A stretch of 64,000 nt of DNA, taken from positions 186,001-250,000 of the forward strand of contig NW_021832829.1 of the NCBI RefSeq assembly GCF_006345805.1, written 5' to 3'. Each line of letters starts with the position of its first letter. The first letter of the stretch is position 1. The notes below the pieces were generated by a model. It did not search any database. It had not been told where the DNA came from and worked only from the letters and a program-made list of their open reading frames with translations. The DNA is from Octopus sinensis. Lineage: Eukaryota. A program made the translations under genes and the position numbers. Positions 10,960 to 23,316 of this stretch are shown here, in pieces.

Positions 10960-13900
10960 AAAACGAAACCTACGGGCCTTCCCAAATAAGAACTTAAAAA
11001 AGACAGGACCGTCGCCTATGGGACCTCACAATGCCACAAGAGCTAATGGTGGTTAAAGAAGATCTTGTTGGTGATGCTGCCAAAACTAACTTGCATTCTC
11101 TTTCTGCGATCATCGGAAATGTCAATGGTGTCTCTGAAGGCGAATGGGTGTCTCAGATTGCCCTTGCCACGAAGCAAAGACTGGAAGGATGCCAAGAGGT
11201 GGTTGGTAACCTCGTCCTGGAGAAGTTCAATGAGAAGTACTCGACAAAGTGCTCCAGTTTATGCCAACTAAAGAGCAGGCTAGACGGAATAACAATGTGC
11301 AAGGGAGATGCGACTCTTCCAGAGTGCAAGATGATGTGGACGTAGAAATTTCCAGTTTCAGAAATTGCCTAGAGGAACTCAAATTCCAATTGGGAAAGTT
11401 CAGTCTATTCAGAGAGACTCTCGAAAGCCACTCCAAAGGTGCAACGAAGGATGGTAAAAACTGATATCCTGGCTGGATTAAATTCTGCAATTTATCATAT
11501 TACAAAAGATGATCCGCCCCAAGATATTAATCAAATTACCGATATTCTATATGCTGCACAGTGTGCTTATTTGGCCTTAACTACGAGAGCCAGACCACAG
11601 AGCACATGGTTGGAAAACACGGAAAGAAAAATCTCTAAATTAGCAGATGAAATTGACACAGTTCGTTCCTTCTCCAAACAAACCTTGCCTCAGGCAGAAA
11701 AGCAAAAGGCAATGGATGTTCTCTGCCGCTACGGATATAAGAAGTCTAAGAAGGGGGAGCTAACCAGAATTGAGACTCTATTGAATGATCTAATTAGAAT
11801 CAAAAAAAAACAGATATCTATCCATTCCTCGAGGAAAAATTTCCGGAAAGACAATGCGTGTTTTGAATTAAACCGCAGAAGATTTTATCGAAACTTATCT
11901 TCGAGCAACGAAGCCACCCTGTATGGGTTTGGTGATGGTGAGTGCTTATCATTTTGGAAGATGTCTGGAGCAAGAAAAATATGGGGCTCGTAGTTTATGA
12001 TTTGTGGGTGTGAGGTGTACTGGCGCTGAAACACATGCGACCTCAATTCACAAGTGATTTTTTATGGATATGCTCAAATATGCACCTGACTGGAAGGCAT
12101 GCGGATGCGACGGACGTATAACTTTTTCTTAAAGAAGATGGATTCTTTGCATGGGTTTCTGTGTAAAGAGATAGTCCGAATAATTAATGGAGAGTACACG
12201 CCTGATAGCTGTTTTTACACTGGCGTAACTTACTTGATCCCTAAAAAAAGTGAGTGTGAGACCCCGAAGGACTTACGCCTATAACGTGTATGCCAACTTT
12301 GTATAAACTTGTCACCAAATGTGTTAATGCCAAACTGGCCGATTTCATCGAGGCATTTGGCTTATCTCAGATAATCAGCTTGAACGAGGAAGCAATGTCA
12401 AGGCGCCAAAGAGCAAGCCCTCATTAACCAATGCTTTAATAAGGAGTATGGAAATGGCCTCTATTTTGCTTGGTCGATGTGAAGAAGGCATTTGACTCAG
12501 TTGATCACGAGTTCTTGTTCCACGTATTGGATTGCTCTGGAATACCACATTGGATTGTCAGCTTTGTAAAGAAACATAGTCAAGAAGTGGACAGTAAAAC
12601 TTACATATCGATGGGAAAAGAATTGGGAAAGTAAAGTTAAGCCGGGGAATACTCCAAGGAGATTCATTGTCCCCGCTGCTATTCGTTATGGCGATGGATC
12701 CCCTAAGCAGGATGCTTAACTCCATGTTTCCCAAACTCGAAATTAGTCGGGAAGATCCCAATATGTTGACATACTCCACCAATCATTTCTTCTTTATTGA
12801 CGATCTGAAAATAGTTGCCCTCAAGAAGATGTGTTAGTCAAAATGATGGAGGCTGTTAATGGATTTTTTGAAAGTGTCGGTCTAGAGATGAATTCCGAAA
12901 ATCAGCATCTAATGTGGAATCTTTATCATGCTGTGAGACTGTCGATGGAATCAACGGATATCGCTACTTGGGTGTACTTGAAGATGACGGAAGTAATGTT
13001 CTCAAGAATAAAGTTATGGACTCCATATTGGAGAATGTCAAGAAGAGGATAACTATGTTGTCAAAACAAACCTGAATGCTGTAAATTTGTTTCGTGGAAT
13101 CAATGAATATGCATTATCCCTATATAATTATTATATTGGGCTAATCAATATCGAACCTTACGAATTTGATGAGATTGACCAACAAATACGCCGATTACTT
13201 ACGACTCTCAAGTTACACACCTCCAGCCTGCAAATAAGGAGAGGTTGTATTTGGACCGCAAGACCCTTGGAAGAGGACTTGCCTCAATTTCTTTCAAAAG
13301 CGAATTAATGCTCTTCCAGTTTCTTAAAAGTTTGGAAAACAGTCGACTACTGTCTGCGGAGGTCGGGTATTCTGCGAGTAATAAAAGGAAAAAAATGGCA
13401 CTTAGCCACATCGCAGAATTTCTTGTCTCCAAATATGCAGCTGTCGGCAGGGAAAATCTGACCATTGAGTTACTGAAGGACGCACAAAGGAAACTCTTGC
13501 TTACCCGAATTAACAGTAAATCACTACACTCGGTGATGTTCAAATGTATGGAGGAATCAGATGTCGACATATCTACTTCTTCGCAATGGCTATCGAAAGG
13601 GAACAATGGTCCCACGAGCGAAGCATTGTACTGTCTTTTGCAAGATAGGAATTTGTTTCTTTGCATACACGGGATCACTATGCGTCCACTGCAAAAAAGC
13701 AGGCAGACTGTTGACCATCTAGCCACGCGGTGTGTAGGATGCTAAACAGTGATTATCTCCGAAGACACACGAAGTGGTAAAGTGTATTCATCTCCACTTG
13801 TGTCGAATGTATGGAATAAAACGAAGCAGGAAATTGAAAGGCCATTCAGTTCGTGTCAACAATGTCGACCCAAAATGTCGAAATCAGAGTTGACACTTCA

Positions 13901-14470
13901 ATTATGACTGAAACAAAGGTTCAATTCAATAAACCTGATATCTTCGTTTATGACAAGAGGAAAGAGAAATTCATTTAATCGAAGTGGGAGTTACCTCGCA
14001 ACCGTTTAAAGCAAGTGGAAGTGGAGAAATTTCACAAATATGACCTGCTTGCAAACGAACTGTGTCAGTTCTCTATGAAGCAAAAGTGAAGATTATTCCA
14101 ATTGTCTTGACATGGGATGAGTTGTCTCAAAGTTCTTTAAAAGTCATATGGACAAGTTATCCATTGAAGAAGGAACGAGGACATACATCCAGTCGGTTGT
14201 GCTGAAGAGGACTCTAGAGAGTATGCTTATTGAACACAGACATGGGATGAAGGTAGACAACGAGGAGTACGCCTCTGCCGCCAATCAACTTGCGGAGCTG
14301 GCATGTCGTGAGGACACTCAGTTGAACAATTACTTTGACGCAGAAATGGAAAATGATGAGAATTTTGTTGCAAACTCTTCTTCTAAGCGAAGAAGAGAAA
14401 TCACTGACGATCTGGATTCTTAAATAATTTAAGATAGAATTTACATAATTAATTTTTATTAAACATTGGT
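10960..14470 (+). mobile_element. R4/NeSL-like RLE non-LTR retrotransposon, near full length, frameshifted
   Basis: RT motifs DVKKAFDSVDH, GILQGDSLSPLLF, FIDDLK; ERLYLDRKTLGRGL; CCHC TVDHLATRC; RLE KPDIFVYDKR...EVG...KYDLLANEL. Confidence 0.9.
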
Positions 14471-15289
14471 TTAACTTTTAAATGATTTTTCCACAATCAA
14501 ATTGGAGTCCAAATTTTGAATCTTCTGACCGCCAGGCGATATGTTCCATTTTCAGAACATGACATAATTTCCCGTACAAACATGATTGATCGGAATATCC
14601 AAAGCAATCGAATGAATAGTAAAACTTGTTTATCTATACACATCTAACTATATGAGACAATTTCTTCAAAGAATATCGGTTTGGGAACCAGAGATAATCT
14701 TTGGCTGAAAAAATAACCCCAAATCTTCATTTCACTTTTAAAAATAACATCGTATTTCGCGGTTAACTAACGCAGTCAAAAAATAAATATAAAACATATA
14801 TATAACGCATTCACTAAGTTTTATCAATTTTAAATACAAAAACCGAACATTAGAACTTACATTCAAATAGGGACAGTTAAGAAAACGGTAGAGAACATGG
14901 TCGTTGAACACAGACATGAACGTCGACAATTATCAAATTGTGAATGCAACCAATAGTTTTATTGCTAGAGGAATAAAAGCTGGGATTAACAGTTTACTTG
15001 TTTAAGCTTCCCTCACCTCCCTATTATAATACAAAAAGAAAAGGTGTCAAGACATGACCAATCAACGGTTTAGTACATTTAGCAGCAAAAATTAAAAATT
15101 TATCAAAAATGTACAAAAAAATTTTTTTGTCCTCCAGAACCTTCTAAAATATCAAATAACATTGTTCATAGATTTTTATTCTGAAAGACAATCATTAGTA
15201 CATTTCAATCATTAGTAGATTTTTATTCTGATTTCAATAAGAATTAAAGTCTTAAGAAAATTTATATTTAGATTATTGTTTATAGACGA

Positions 15290-16574
15290 ATTGATAATAG
15301 TTAATAATTATTGTTTTCGACTTTTTTTCAAAAAATACTTAACCTTCTCGTTGACGTTTTTGCTTTTTTGAGCTTCCTTTTCAATCATTTTATCATAAAA
15401 ATATTTTTTAATATCAATAACCAAGTTTCCTCTCGATATTTTCTGTTTTAATTTGGCGACCATTCCAAGATTTGAAATTTTGTTTTCCTCGTTGTTGTTC
15501 TTCTTAATTTGATCGTTGTAGTTGATTTCAATTTTTCTCCGAATCTCAAAAGTAATGTAAGTATTATTACTAATTCTTGTTTTTGTCTTATAATCCTTTC
15601 CTCTTCTGTTTTCTTATTTGCTAGTTTTTTTTCATGCATTTTATCGAGTTTGACATTATTTTGTATTTGTATTGCATTATTCAAAATCATTGTATTACTG
15701 TGTTCTATCCAGGGATATCCGCCGGGTGCTCTATTCTCTCTAACAGTCGTGCGTTATAGAAAATACCTAATTTCTTTTTTCTTTTTCATTGAATCTACAA
15801 GTATTTTCAGATGATAACTTATATACAATTCTAGATTAATTGGCCATTAATTTTTAATTTACGCCTTTTAAATTGTTAAGAAAGAACAGATAAGTTAAAA
15901 ACAGTATTTTTTTTGATTCTGTCAATTTTCATTTTACTAAAGAGACAGTTATATTTGTATGATTTCCGATGTCATACATCATTGAATCCTTAATACACTT
16001 CAAAATAGTTTCCCTGGGAATTCTCAGCTGGTATCTATTATATTTTCCTACTTGAGATCTCAAGATACCGCCGATTGATGAAAATTAGCTAATTACTAAA
16101 TTAATTCAAGCATACACTGAAACTTCATTTCAGTACTCATTTCTATAACCAGAGAATTTCCATAAAATGTTTTTGTTTTTGAGAATCAAGTTAGGTTTGT
16201 TTGTCACTGTTTGTCTTGATTTCCATTCCATGTGAGCATAATTAGTAATATTTTTTTAGCTTTTTATTGTAAATTAACTTTGTTTTGAGATAAAAATTAT
16301 ATTTTCTTTATTATTTTGTTTCAATCAGCAAGATTTGATTTTCCTTCTTATCGAAGACAAATCCAACTTTTTGTCCTTGCCTTGGAGTTTTTTTTCCATT
16401 TCAAGGCCAAATTCAAAACAAATGTGAAATTGTAAATTTCTGTCACATTTTGTTCTCCAAAAATAAACATCTATTTGAACGATGCGGAGAGAATCGTTTT
16501 GAGCTTTCAGTAAATGTAAGTCAATTGTACTTACGTGTTTGCCTTTGCAACATTCTTGAAGTGGATTCCATTAG
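15290..16574 (-). pseudogene. Possible decayed or unresolved multi-exon gene with a coiled-coil 3' part
   Basis: ATG at ~16574 followed by a GTAAGT...AG intron; spliceable 3' exons (ENRAPGGYPW...EERIIRQKQEL|IRRKIEINYNDQ); the middle could not be put in frame. Confidence 0.3.
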
Positions 16575-16767
16575 TTAACAAATTATTATCTATATTATAA
16601 GCCCAGGGTTTATATTTTTGAAAAAAGAAAGACTGCGCAAATTTTGATGCTTATATTTTTCCCGTAAATTATATTTCTAATACCTATATAAATGCAGGGA
16701 TTTACTATATTACAGAGAGCACAATTAACAAAACATAAAAAAGGAAAAATATAAAAATAGTTATTTA

Positions 16768-17170
16768 TGTCACATGGACGGCACGTTGCGCATGGACAGC
16801 CTGTTACATTTTTTTAAACTTGAAAATGTTTTTTGATTATCCAACATTTAATTTTGTATATCCGATTTTTATCGTGATTCTATTAGATTAGTTTTTATTT
16901 ATAAATGTTATGATTATAAAGATTTTATTTTTTATAGCGGCAAACCTAAAGTTCTAGAGTAATATTTAGCATGAAAGATTATTTTGTTGCAATGGGTTCT
17001 TACAAGGGTTTTGTAAAAGACTACGTTGAATATAAAATTTCAAAAGATGCTTTACATGATAAATTTCGGGAAAATTTTCTGAGGCACCGAGACTTATAAA
17101 GAAGATGGAGAATTTGACCATTATCGATGACAGGTATTGTAAATTTGCAATAAATCTACAGACTTTATCT
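16768..17170 (+). mobile_element. Second, diverged Ginger-like element (5' end), truncated by Tc1
   Basis: Starts TGTCACATGGAC; upstream region and MGSYKGFVKDY ORF homologous to 3340-3410; intron 17134-17161 at the same codon position as in copy 1. Confidence 0.75.
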
Positions 17171-17172
17171 TA

Positions 17173-17675
17173 CAGTGGGGCAAAAAAGTCATGACACCTT
17201 TGCAAATTTTGACTAAATTTAACAATTCTTTGCAAAAAAATTATTAAATACATTACTTTAAAAAATAAATTAGTAATATAGAACTTTTTAGATAAATTAT
17301 TAAAAAAACTATCTTAAAGGGAATTATTAATAGTGCACTAATTAACGATTTATTTTTAAAAGTCAATTTTTTGAGGGAAAAAAGTAATGGCACGAAATCC
17401 AATTAATATTTAGTTGCATTCTCTTTTGCTAGCAGAACTGCCTCCAATCGTTTTTTGTAAGAAAAAATTAGTTTTTGACATTCTACTTTAGAAATATTTT
17501 TCCATTCTTCGTAGCAAATTGTTTTTAATTCCTGGATATTTTTTGATTTTCTTAAGCCAACTTTTATTTTTAAGATTTTCCATAAGTTTTCGATGGGATT
17601 CAGGTCTGGCGATTGACTTGGCCATTCCAAAACATTTATTTTGTTTTTTTCTAACCATTTAACGGTTACTTTTGA
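17173..17675 (-). mobile_element. Partial Tc1 element (one TIR plus transposase 3' end)
   Basis: TA|CAGTGGGGCAAAAAAGTCATGACACC; WPSQSPDLNPIENLW; near-identical to 31593-32095. Confidence 0.9.
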
Positions 17676-18400
17676 GTGTATGAGTTATCTGAGGAGGAGG
17701 GAAAAGAGCCCAAATTTCTACCAGATATATTAATAGATGAAGAAATGATGAGGGAATGTGAGCAAGAAACCAGTTTTATTACCAAGCAATTGAATGAAAT
17801 AAACGTGGATGAAGAAACACCTATCATATCCACCCGCTCTCTATCACAATCAACCAAAAGAAAATACTTAGAAACAGAAGATAAATGTTTGCTAAAGACG
17901 AAATATAATGCAGTTATTGAAGGGTTCATAAGAAGTGAGAGAAGAAAAATCGACAATGAAGATGATAAAAAAACATCATCTTTGATGAAATTGAAAACTG
18001 GATAAAGCTTTTGCAAGCTCAATCAATCAATTAAGTTTATTGTAATAATGAGTAAAAATAACCAAACAAACACAGAAGGTAAGCAGACCGGTAAATTTTT
18101 ATACGATTTTTGGAACAACCTGTGTTTTGGAACAATTAATGTTCCAAACGAAGGTTAGACTGTAACAATAAATTATCACAATAATGTCTTGCAGTTCATG
18201 TCTGGCATTCCCTCTAGTCAAACAAAATTGGAAATAACTGTTGATGGCAATAACGCTCTCCTCAATCAATTTTATCCATTACTCTGTACGTCCAGTCGTA
18301 CTCCCGCACTTGTTTCAGTTTGGTGCGGACATGATTCAGGAGAGCCTCTCTATACTGCACATAACAAAGTTTCTTTTTTTTACAAATTATTAGGTATGAT

Positions 18401-19986
18401 TTGGGCAACCGGAAAGTTGCTCTTAAAAATGTAAAAAATTGACCTTAAAAGTCAACTAAATTGCTTTAAAAAATAAAAAAAGTTGACATAATATGCATAA
18501 AAAGTTGCCCTAAGAAACAAAAATTTATTTATTAAAGCACAACATTAAATAATATTTAACATTTTCAGGTAGGAAATTCAATGAATGTGAATTTATTAGA
18601 TTCAATTTCCATTAAAATATCTGTTAATAAATGATATTGCCGGCTTATGTCTTCTAAATTCGTATGAAGAAATTCATTCATAACGGATTCCTTTGCTCTT
18701 TGTATCAATAAAGATTCCTCTTCTATACCATTACAAATATTGATGATTTGTGTTAAATTTTTTACATAATAGTCAGCAGCATTTAGCCAACTGCCCCATC
18801 TAGTTACAATGGGCTCGGGTGGATATCCAATTTCTGTAAATAATTGACGTCGTGAATTATTTTTGACAACAAGTGGTTTGACGCACGATATTAATTTATC
18901 TACCTCTGGATAATGTGATTTAATTCTGAAGGCACAATTATGTAATAAATGTGCCACACAAGTGACATGAAATAGATTTGAATATAATTGCTTTAATACT
19001 TTTCCAGAAGAAACCATATATGAAGCAGCATCAGAAATAAGTAAATAAAAATTTTCCTATCAACATTGAGTTTGCAAATGACGTCATCAATAATTTGACA
19101 TATAATCGCGGAATTGGGAGCTGTATTAATTGCAATACAATCAATTAAAAAATATTCTTGTGGATTTTTTAACGTTCCAACAAGACAATTAATATACTTT
19201 TTTTTCCAAAATCACTTTCGTCAATCATTAAAACAATTTGTTCATTTGAAACTGTGTTAATAATTTGTGAAACCATCCTTTCACCAAGAAATGTAACAAT
19301 GTCTCTGCATTTGGTTTCCGAAGGAACAGAATGTCCATATTTGTTAAAAAAATCAATAATTGATGTATTTCGTAACTTATGAAGTAGAATATTTGCTGAT
19401 AAAAATGCATTTTCAAGATCCACGGCAAAACAATCAGCAATAACCTCATTTTTACTATGAGTATCCAAAGTATTATTCGTATCTGGGATTCTCAGAATAT
19501 GCTTTATAGAATGTATGTGCTTATCAATAAACCATTACTTATTGCAGTTACGTAGGAATTACATAATTTGCAGAATAATTTTCCATCCAGTGAAGATGAA
19601 AACTCCTTAGGATATTTTTTAACAATAGAAGAAATTCGCTTAGTGTTGGAACTCCTGTTTTTAGGTATTGTAAAAAAGCAGTCAACAAAAACCGAAGAAA
19701 CGTGCACTATGAAATTATATTAATATGTGCGGCTCGCGCTCGCGACATAATATTAAAAAAAATGTTATTATAAATTTTTATTACTCAATAAAATTAAAGT
19801 TGACAATAAGAGTAAAAAAGTTGCTCAATAAAATAAAAGTTGACGGTAAGAGTAGAAAATTGACTTTGTTGCTTTTATAACTTTTTATATATACATTTTT
19901 TTATCGAAATAATTTGACTAATATCATTTTAACACTATAATTAAACAAAAAACTCAAGTTGACTTTGTTGACTTTCGGTTGCCCTA
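18401..19986 (-). mobile_element. hAT transposon (CGGBP1/DUF659-like transposase), defective
   Basis: TIRs TTGGGCAACCGGAAAG / CTTTCGGTTGCCCTA; perfect 8-bp TSD GGTATGAT; CKLC...KH zinc finger, IDES, HVTCVAHLLHN, TRWGSWL; empty site at ~35437-35446. Confidence 0.92.
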
Positions 19987-20529
19987 GGTATGATACAGGG
20001 AATAAGTTATAGACGAATTAATAAAGAGCCTGGAGGTCAGCTCAAAGTCGCCGCACTGCGTATCGAGTGGCAGTTTCCGCGGACAAAGTTTCTTATATTC
20101 CAGAAAGTCGTGTAAATTCATTATTTTCGAATCACCCTATATGTAAGTCAGTTTATAGAATTAATTTATAAAAGTGAAATTGCCACAACCATGAACTGAA
20201 AGATAAAATATTTAATCATTTACAGTTAAGATATAATCAATAAAATCCAAAGTATCCGTCAACACCGAAAAGATTTCCATGGAATCATTATGGTAGGATT
20301 TTCAACAGTCATGTCGGTCTCTGAATATTAGTATTACTAGCAAATACAGGTTTCGAAACTTATGCTGTTAAGGTAGCCAAAATAATTTACAACTTAGGCA
20401 CACTAAAAATACAAAAATATCCTTTTCGTCGTGAAAATCGACGCAACTTGTATTCTTTCACTAAAAAAGACATAGAACAAATCATGGTCTTCCTCCGACC
20501 AGTATTTGATATTGTTTTTAATACAAAAA

Positions 20530-21042
20530 ATAATCTTTCCACCGAGCTTTACCACTAACAAGCATCCTAAAAGTCATCCTTACTCTTAGCTGCTGTCGAG
20601 TAATATGATATCTAAAAAATGCAAAGCAGGGGCACACTAAAGAGAACTGATCAATGCAGACCTCTCTCAAAAATAGTCTTAACGAACAATGGGAAAACTG
20701 GGAAGAAATTAATTCACGATTACATCTCAACTCGTGCTATCAGGATGCTTAAAATAACAAACTCCTTGATTCTCCTCCGCCACCAGTTTATCCTTCAGAG
20801 CAATCACTCGACAGGTACTTCCGTGTCCAGCTTGCACGGCTTCGCTCGGGACATCGTCCACTCTTTTTCGAAACACTCCGCACCCTCGCCCCTAAAGACC
20901 TTTTTTCCTGTCCTGGACCGCCTTACCAGTCATCACCCATTGGGATTCGGGATCTCTGGGAGCGTCCGATCGCCGCTGTCCGCTACCTGATTGCAGCCGG
21001 CTTCCTACATGCTAGAGAAGCCGGGGTAACTAACTAACTAAA
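20530..21042 (+). mobile_element. Non-LTR retrotransposon 3' fragment ending in (TAAC)n
   Basis: QLARLRSGH...DLWERP...YLIAAGFL...EAGV then taactaactaactaa. Confidence 0.7.
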
Positions 21043-21058
21043 TTTATTTAATATCCAT

Positions 21059-21578
21059 TGTGCGTGGAGAGGATATGGAGAGGGTCTCCACGAACAACAC
21101 ATTCAAATTTCATGTCATTTCATTAATGTGTTCGGCAACAGTGTTTCTTGTTAATGAAATATCTTTAAACAAGATAAATTTTTTCATGAGCATGAAATAA
21201 TTGTATGATAGATGATTAGATTGATAATGCCTCTTTAGGTTGTATTCATTTGGTATAGCGATAAACTTGTTACATATCAAACAATGTATTTTTCCATCAA
21301 CCATTGTGGAAAAATAGAAAAGTTCCCATTTATCTTGAAACACCTTCCGTTCATCTTTCAAGGAGCGTTTCTTTTTTATTCCAGAAGAACCACGTGACAT
21401 TAACAAACACGATTTAAAAATACAATTAAAAATTTTAATTAAATGTACAAAAATAAAAAATAATTTTTTGCATTGTATAGCAATTAAATCAGACCGCACT
21501 TATGTTTGGCAAAGTACGCTGAGGGCCGCACCTATGTCTTTCGAGGGCCACATGCGGCCCGCATGTTTGACACCCCTG
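21059..21578 (-). mobile_element. hAT (GTF2IRD2/Charlie-like) 5' fragment
   Basis: TIR CAGGGGTGTCAAACATGCGGGCCG at 21578 with GTCTAGTT flank; FQDKWELFYF...CLIC...NLKRHY BED-like finger; SLTRNTVAEHI. Confidence 0.85.
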
Positions 21579-22630
21579 GTCTAGTTGGAACGTTGGAAAA
21601 TCCGCAAAGATCTTACCTAATAGATTGTATAAAAATTGATTCCTCTCCGAATTCTTCTATCATCAGTCAAATAATTGATGACACTATTCGGAAAATGAAT
21701 GTTGAAAGAAACAATTTTTCTCTCCTTATTACCGATGCTGCTCCATATATGGTTTCTGCAGGAAATACTCTCAAGCTATTATATTCCACTCTATACCATA
21801 TCACATGTTTTGCTCATTTAGTGCATAATTGTGCACTTAAAATAAAAGTATATTATCCCGAAGTTGATAAATTGATTGCTTGTATCAAAGCACTTGTTGT
21901 AAAGAACAATTATCGAAGACAATTGTTTAAGGAAATTGGGTACCCACCAGAACCAATAGTTACGAGATTGGGAAGCTGGCTTAAAGCTGTTTCTTACTAT
22001 GCTACAAACCTGCCAAATGTTATTCAAGTATGCACTTCCTTAGAAGGAAATTCTTTGGTCATTAAAAGAGCGAAAGAATGTTTATTTAATGAACAACTTC
22101 ATGAAGATCTAACGACGATAATATCACAATATTCACCTTTATTACATTTGCTTGGTGATTTAGAATCGACCAATTTTACTATAAAAAAACATTCAATTAT
22201 TTGAAAACATTGGATTTTAAAGAAGACGTGTGTGGAATAAAAAATTATATTATCAAAAGGATGAATTCCAATGATATCACAAAAAATATGAATTTCGATG
22301 ATCATTCCATTTCACCTTTAGATTATTCTTTGTTGATTGAATGTCAAGCAACATCGTGCGGAAGTAGAACGATCATTTTCGATTCTTAACAAAATCTTAA
22401 CCAAGGATAGGAATTTTAAAGTGGATAATGTAAAATATTACTTAATTGTAAATAACTTGATAAACGATGAATAAAATTACTTTAAATTTTCATAAACGTA
22501 GTTTATAGATAAAAATAAATTAGTATTTTTACGGTCAATTATTTGGTCAATTTTTAACATTTTAAGGTCAATTACACTGACTTTTTAAAGGCAATTTTTA
22601 TTTTTTTAAGTCAATAAAAATGTTGCACTA
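21579..22630 (+). mobile_element. hAT (CGGBP1/DUF659-like) 3' part, related to 18401-19986
   Basis: ITDAAPYM, HITCFAHLVHNCA, PEPIVTRLGSWL; right end TGTTGCACTA resembles GGTTGCCCTA. Confidence 0.85.
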
Positions 22631-23095
22631 GTGATGTCCGTGGAGCGGTCAGACTTGTTGCCTCTTCCAACCGACTGTTATCTCCTTCTCCATCCGTTTT
22701 GTCTAATCTGAGGTCTAAACACCCTCCGCATCCCGTTAATTACCGCACACCACCTGCTATTGATTCGATTGCGTTTCCGCGGAACAAGTTGTAAAGGCAC
22801 TCAAAAGTTTCTCCCCAAGCAGCAGTGGGGGCATCGATGGTTTGAAACCAGGACACATTAAGGATCTGATTTCTCCCCTAACTGCTGAGGCTGGCCGCCA
22901 ACTATTGACTTCTATTACGGATCTATGCAACCGCCTTATCGGGGGAGATTTACCTGACTTTGCAAGGACGATTTTCTTTGACTAGACCGATCGCCGTCGG
23001 CAATATTTTTCGCAGATTGGCCGGAAAGCTTGTCTGCCACGCAGTAGTCCCCGAGTTGGCCCAAAAATTTCTGCCCGCGCAATTGGGAGCAGAAA
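22631..23095 (+). mobile_element. CRE-like reverse transcriptase N-terminal fragment
   Basis: RPIAVGNIFRRLAGKLVCHAVVPELAQKFLPAQLG. Confidence 0.75.
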
Positions 23096-23316
23096 GTAAT
23101 AATTAATCAATAGAATTTTAATTTATTAAAAAATACATCAACACTAATGCATGATTCATCAACACTAATCATTAATGAGTCAACACTAATGCGATCAGAC
23201 TTTTATCACAAATTTCGTTTTTGAACTCGAAAACCGTCCAAAAAATTAACCAAAAAAGAACGAGCCAAATACGAAATTGTTAATGAAAATAAATTAGTAT
23301 TTTTGCGGTCAATTAT

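Larger units (their letters stand above)
17679..21058 (+). repeat. Segmental duplication copy 1 (partner 34725-36512)
   Basis: Near-identical over ~1.8 kb once the hAT at 18401-19986 is removed. Confidence 0.92.
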
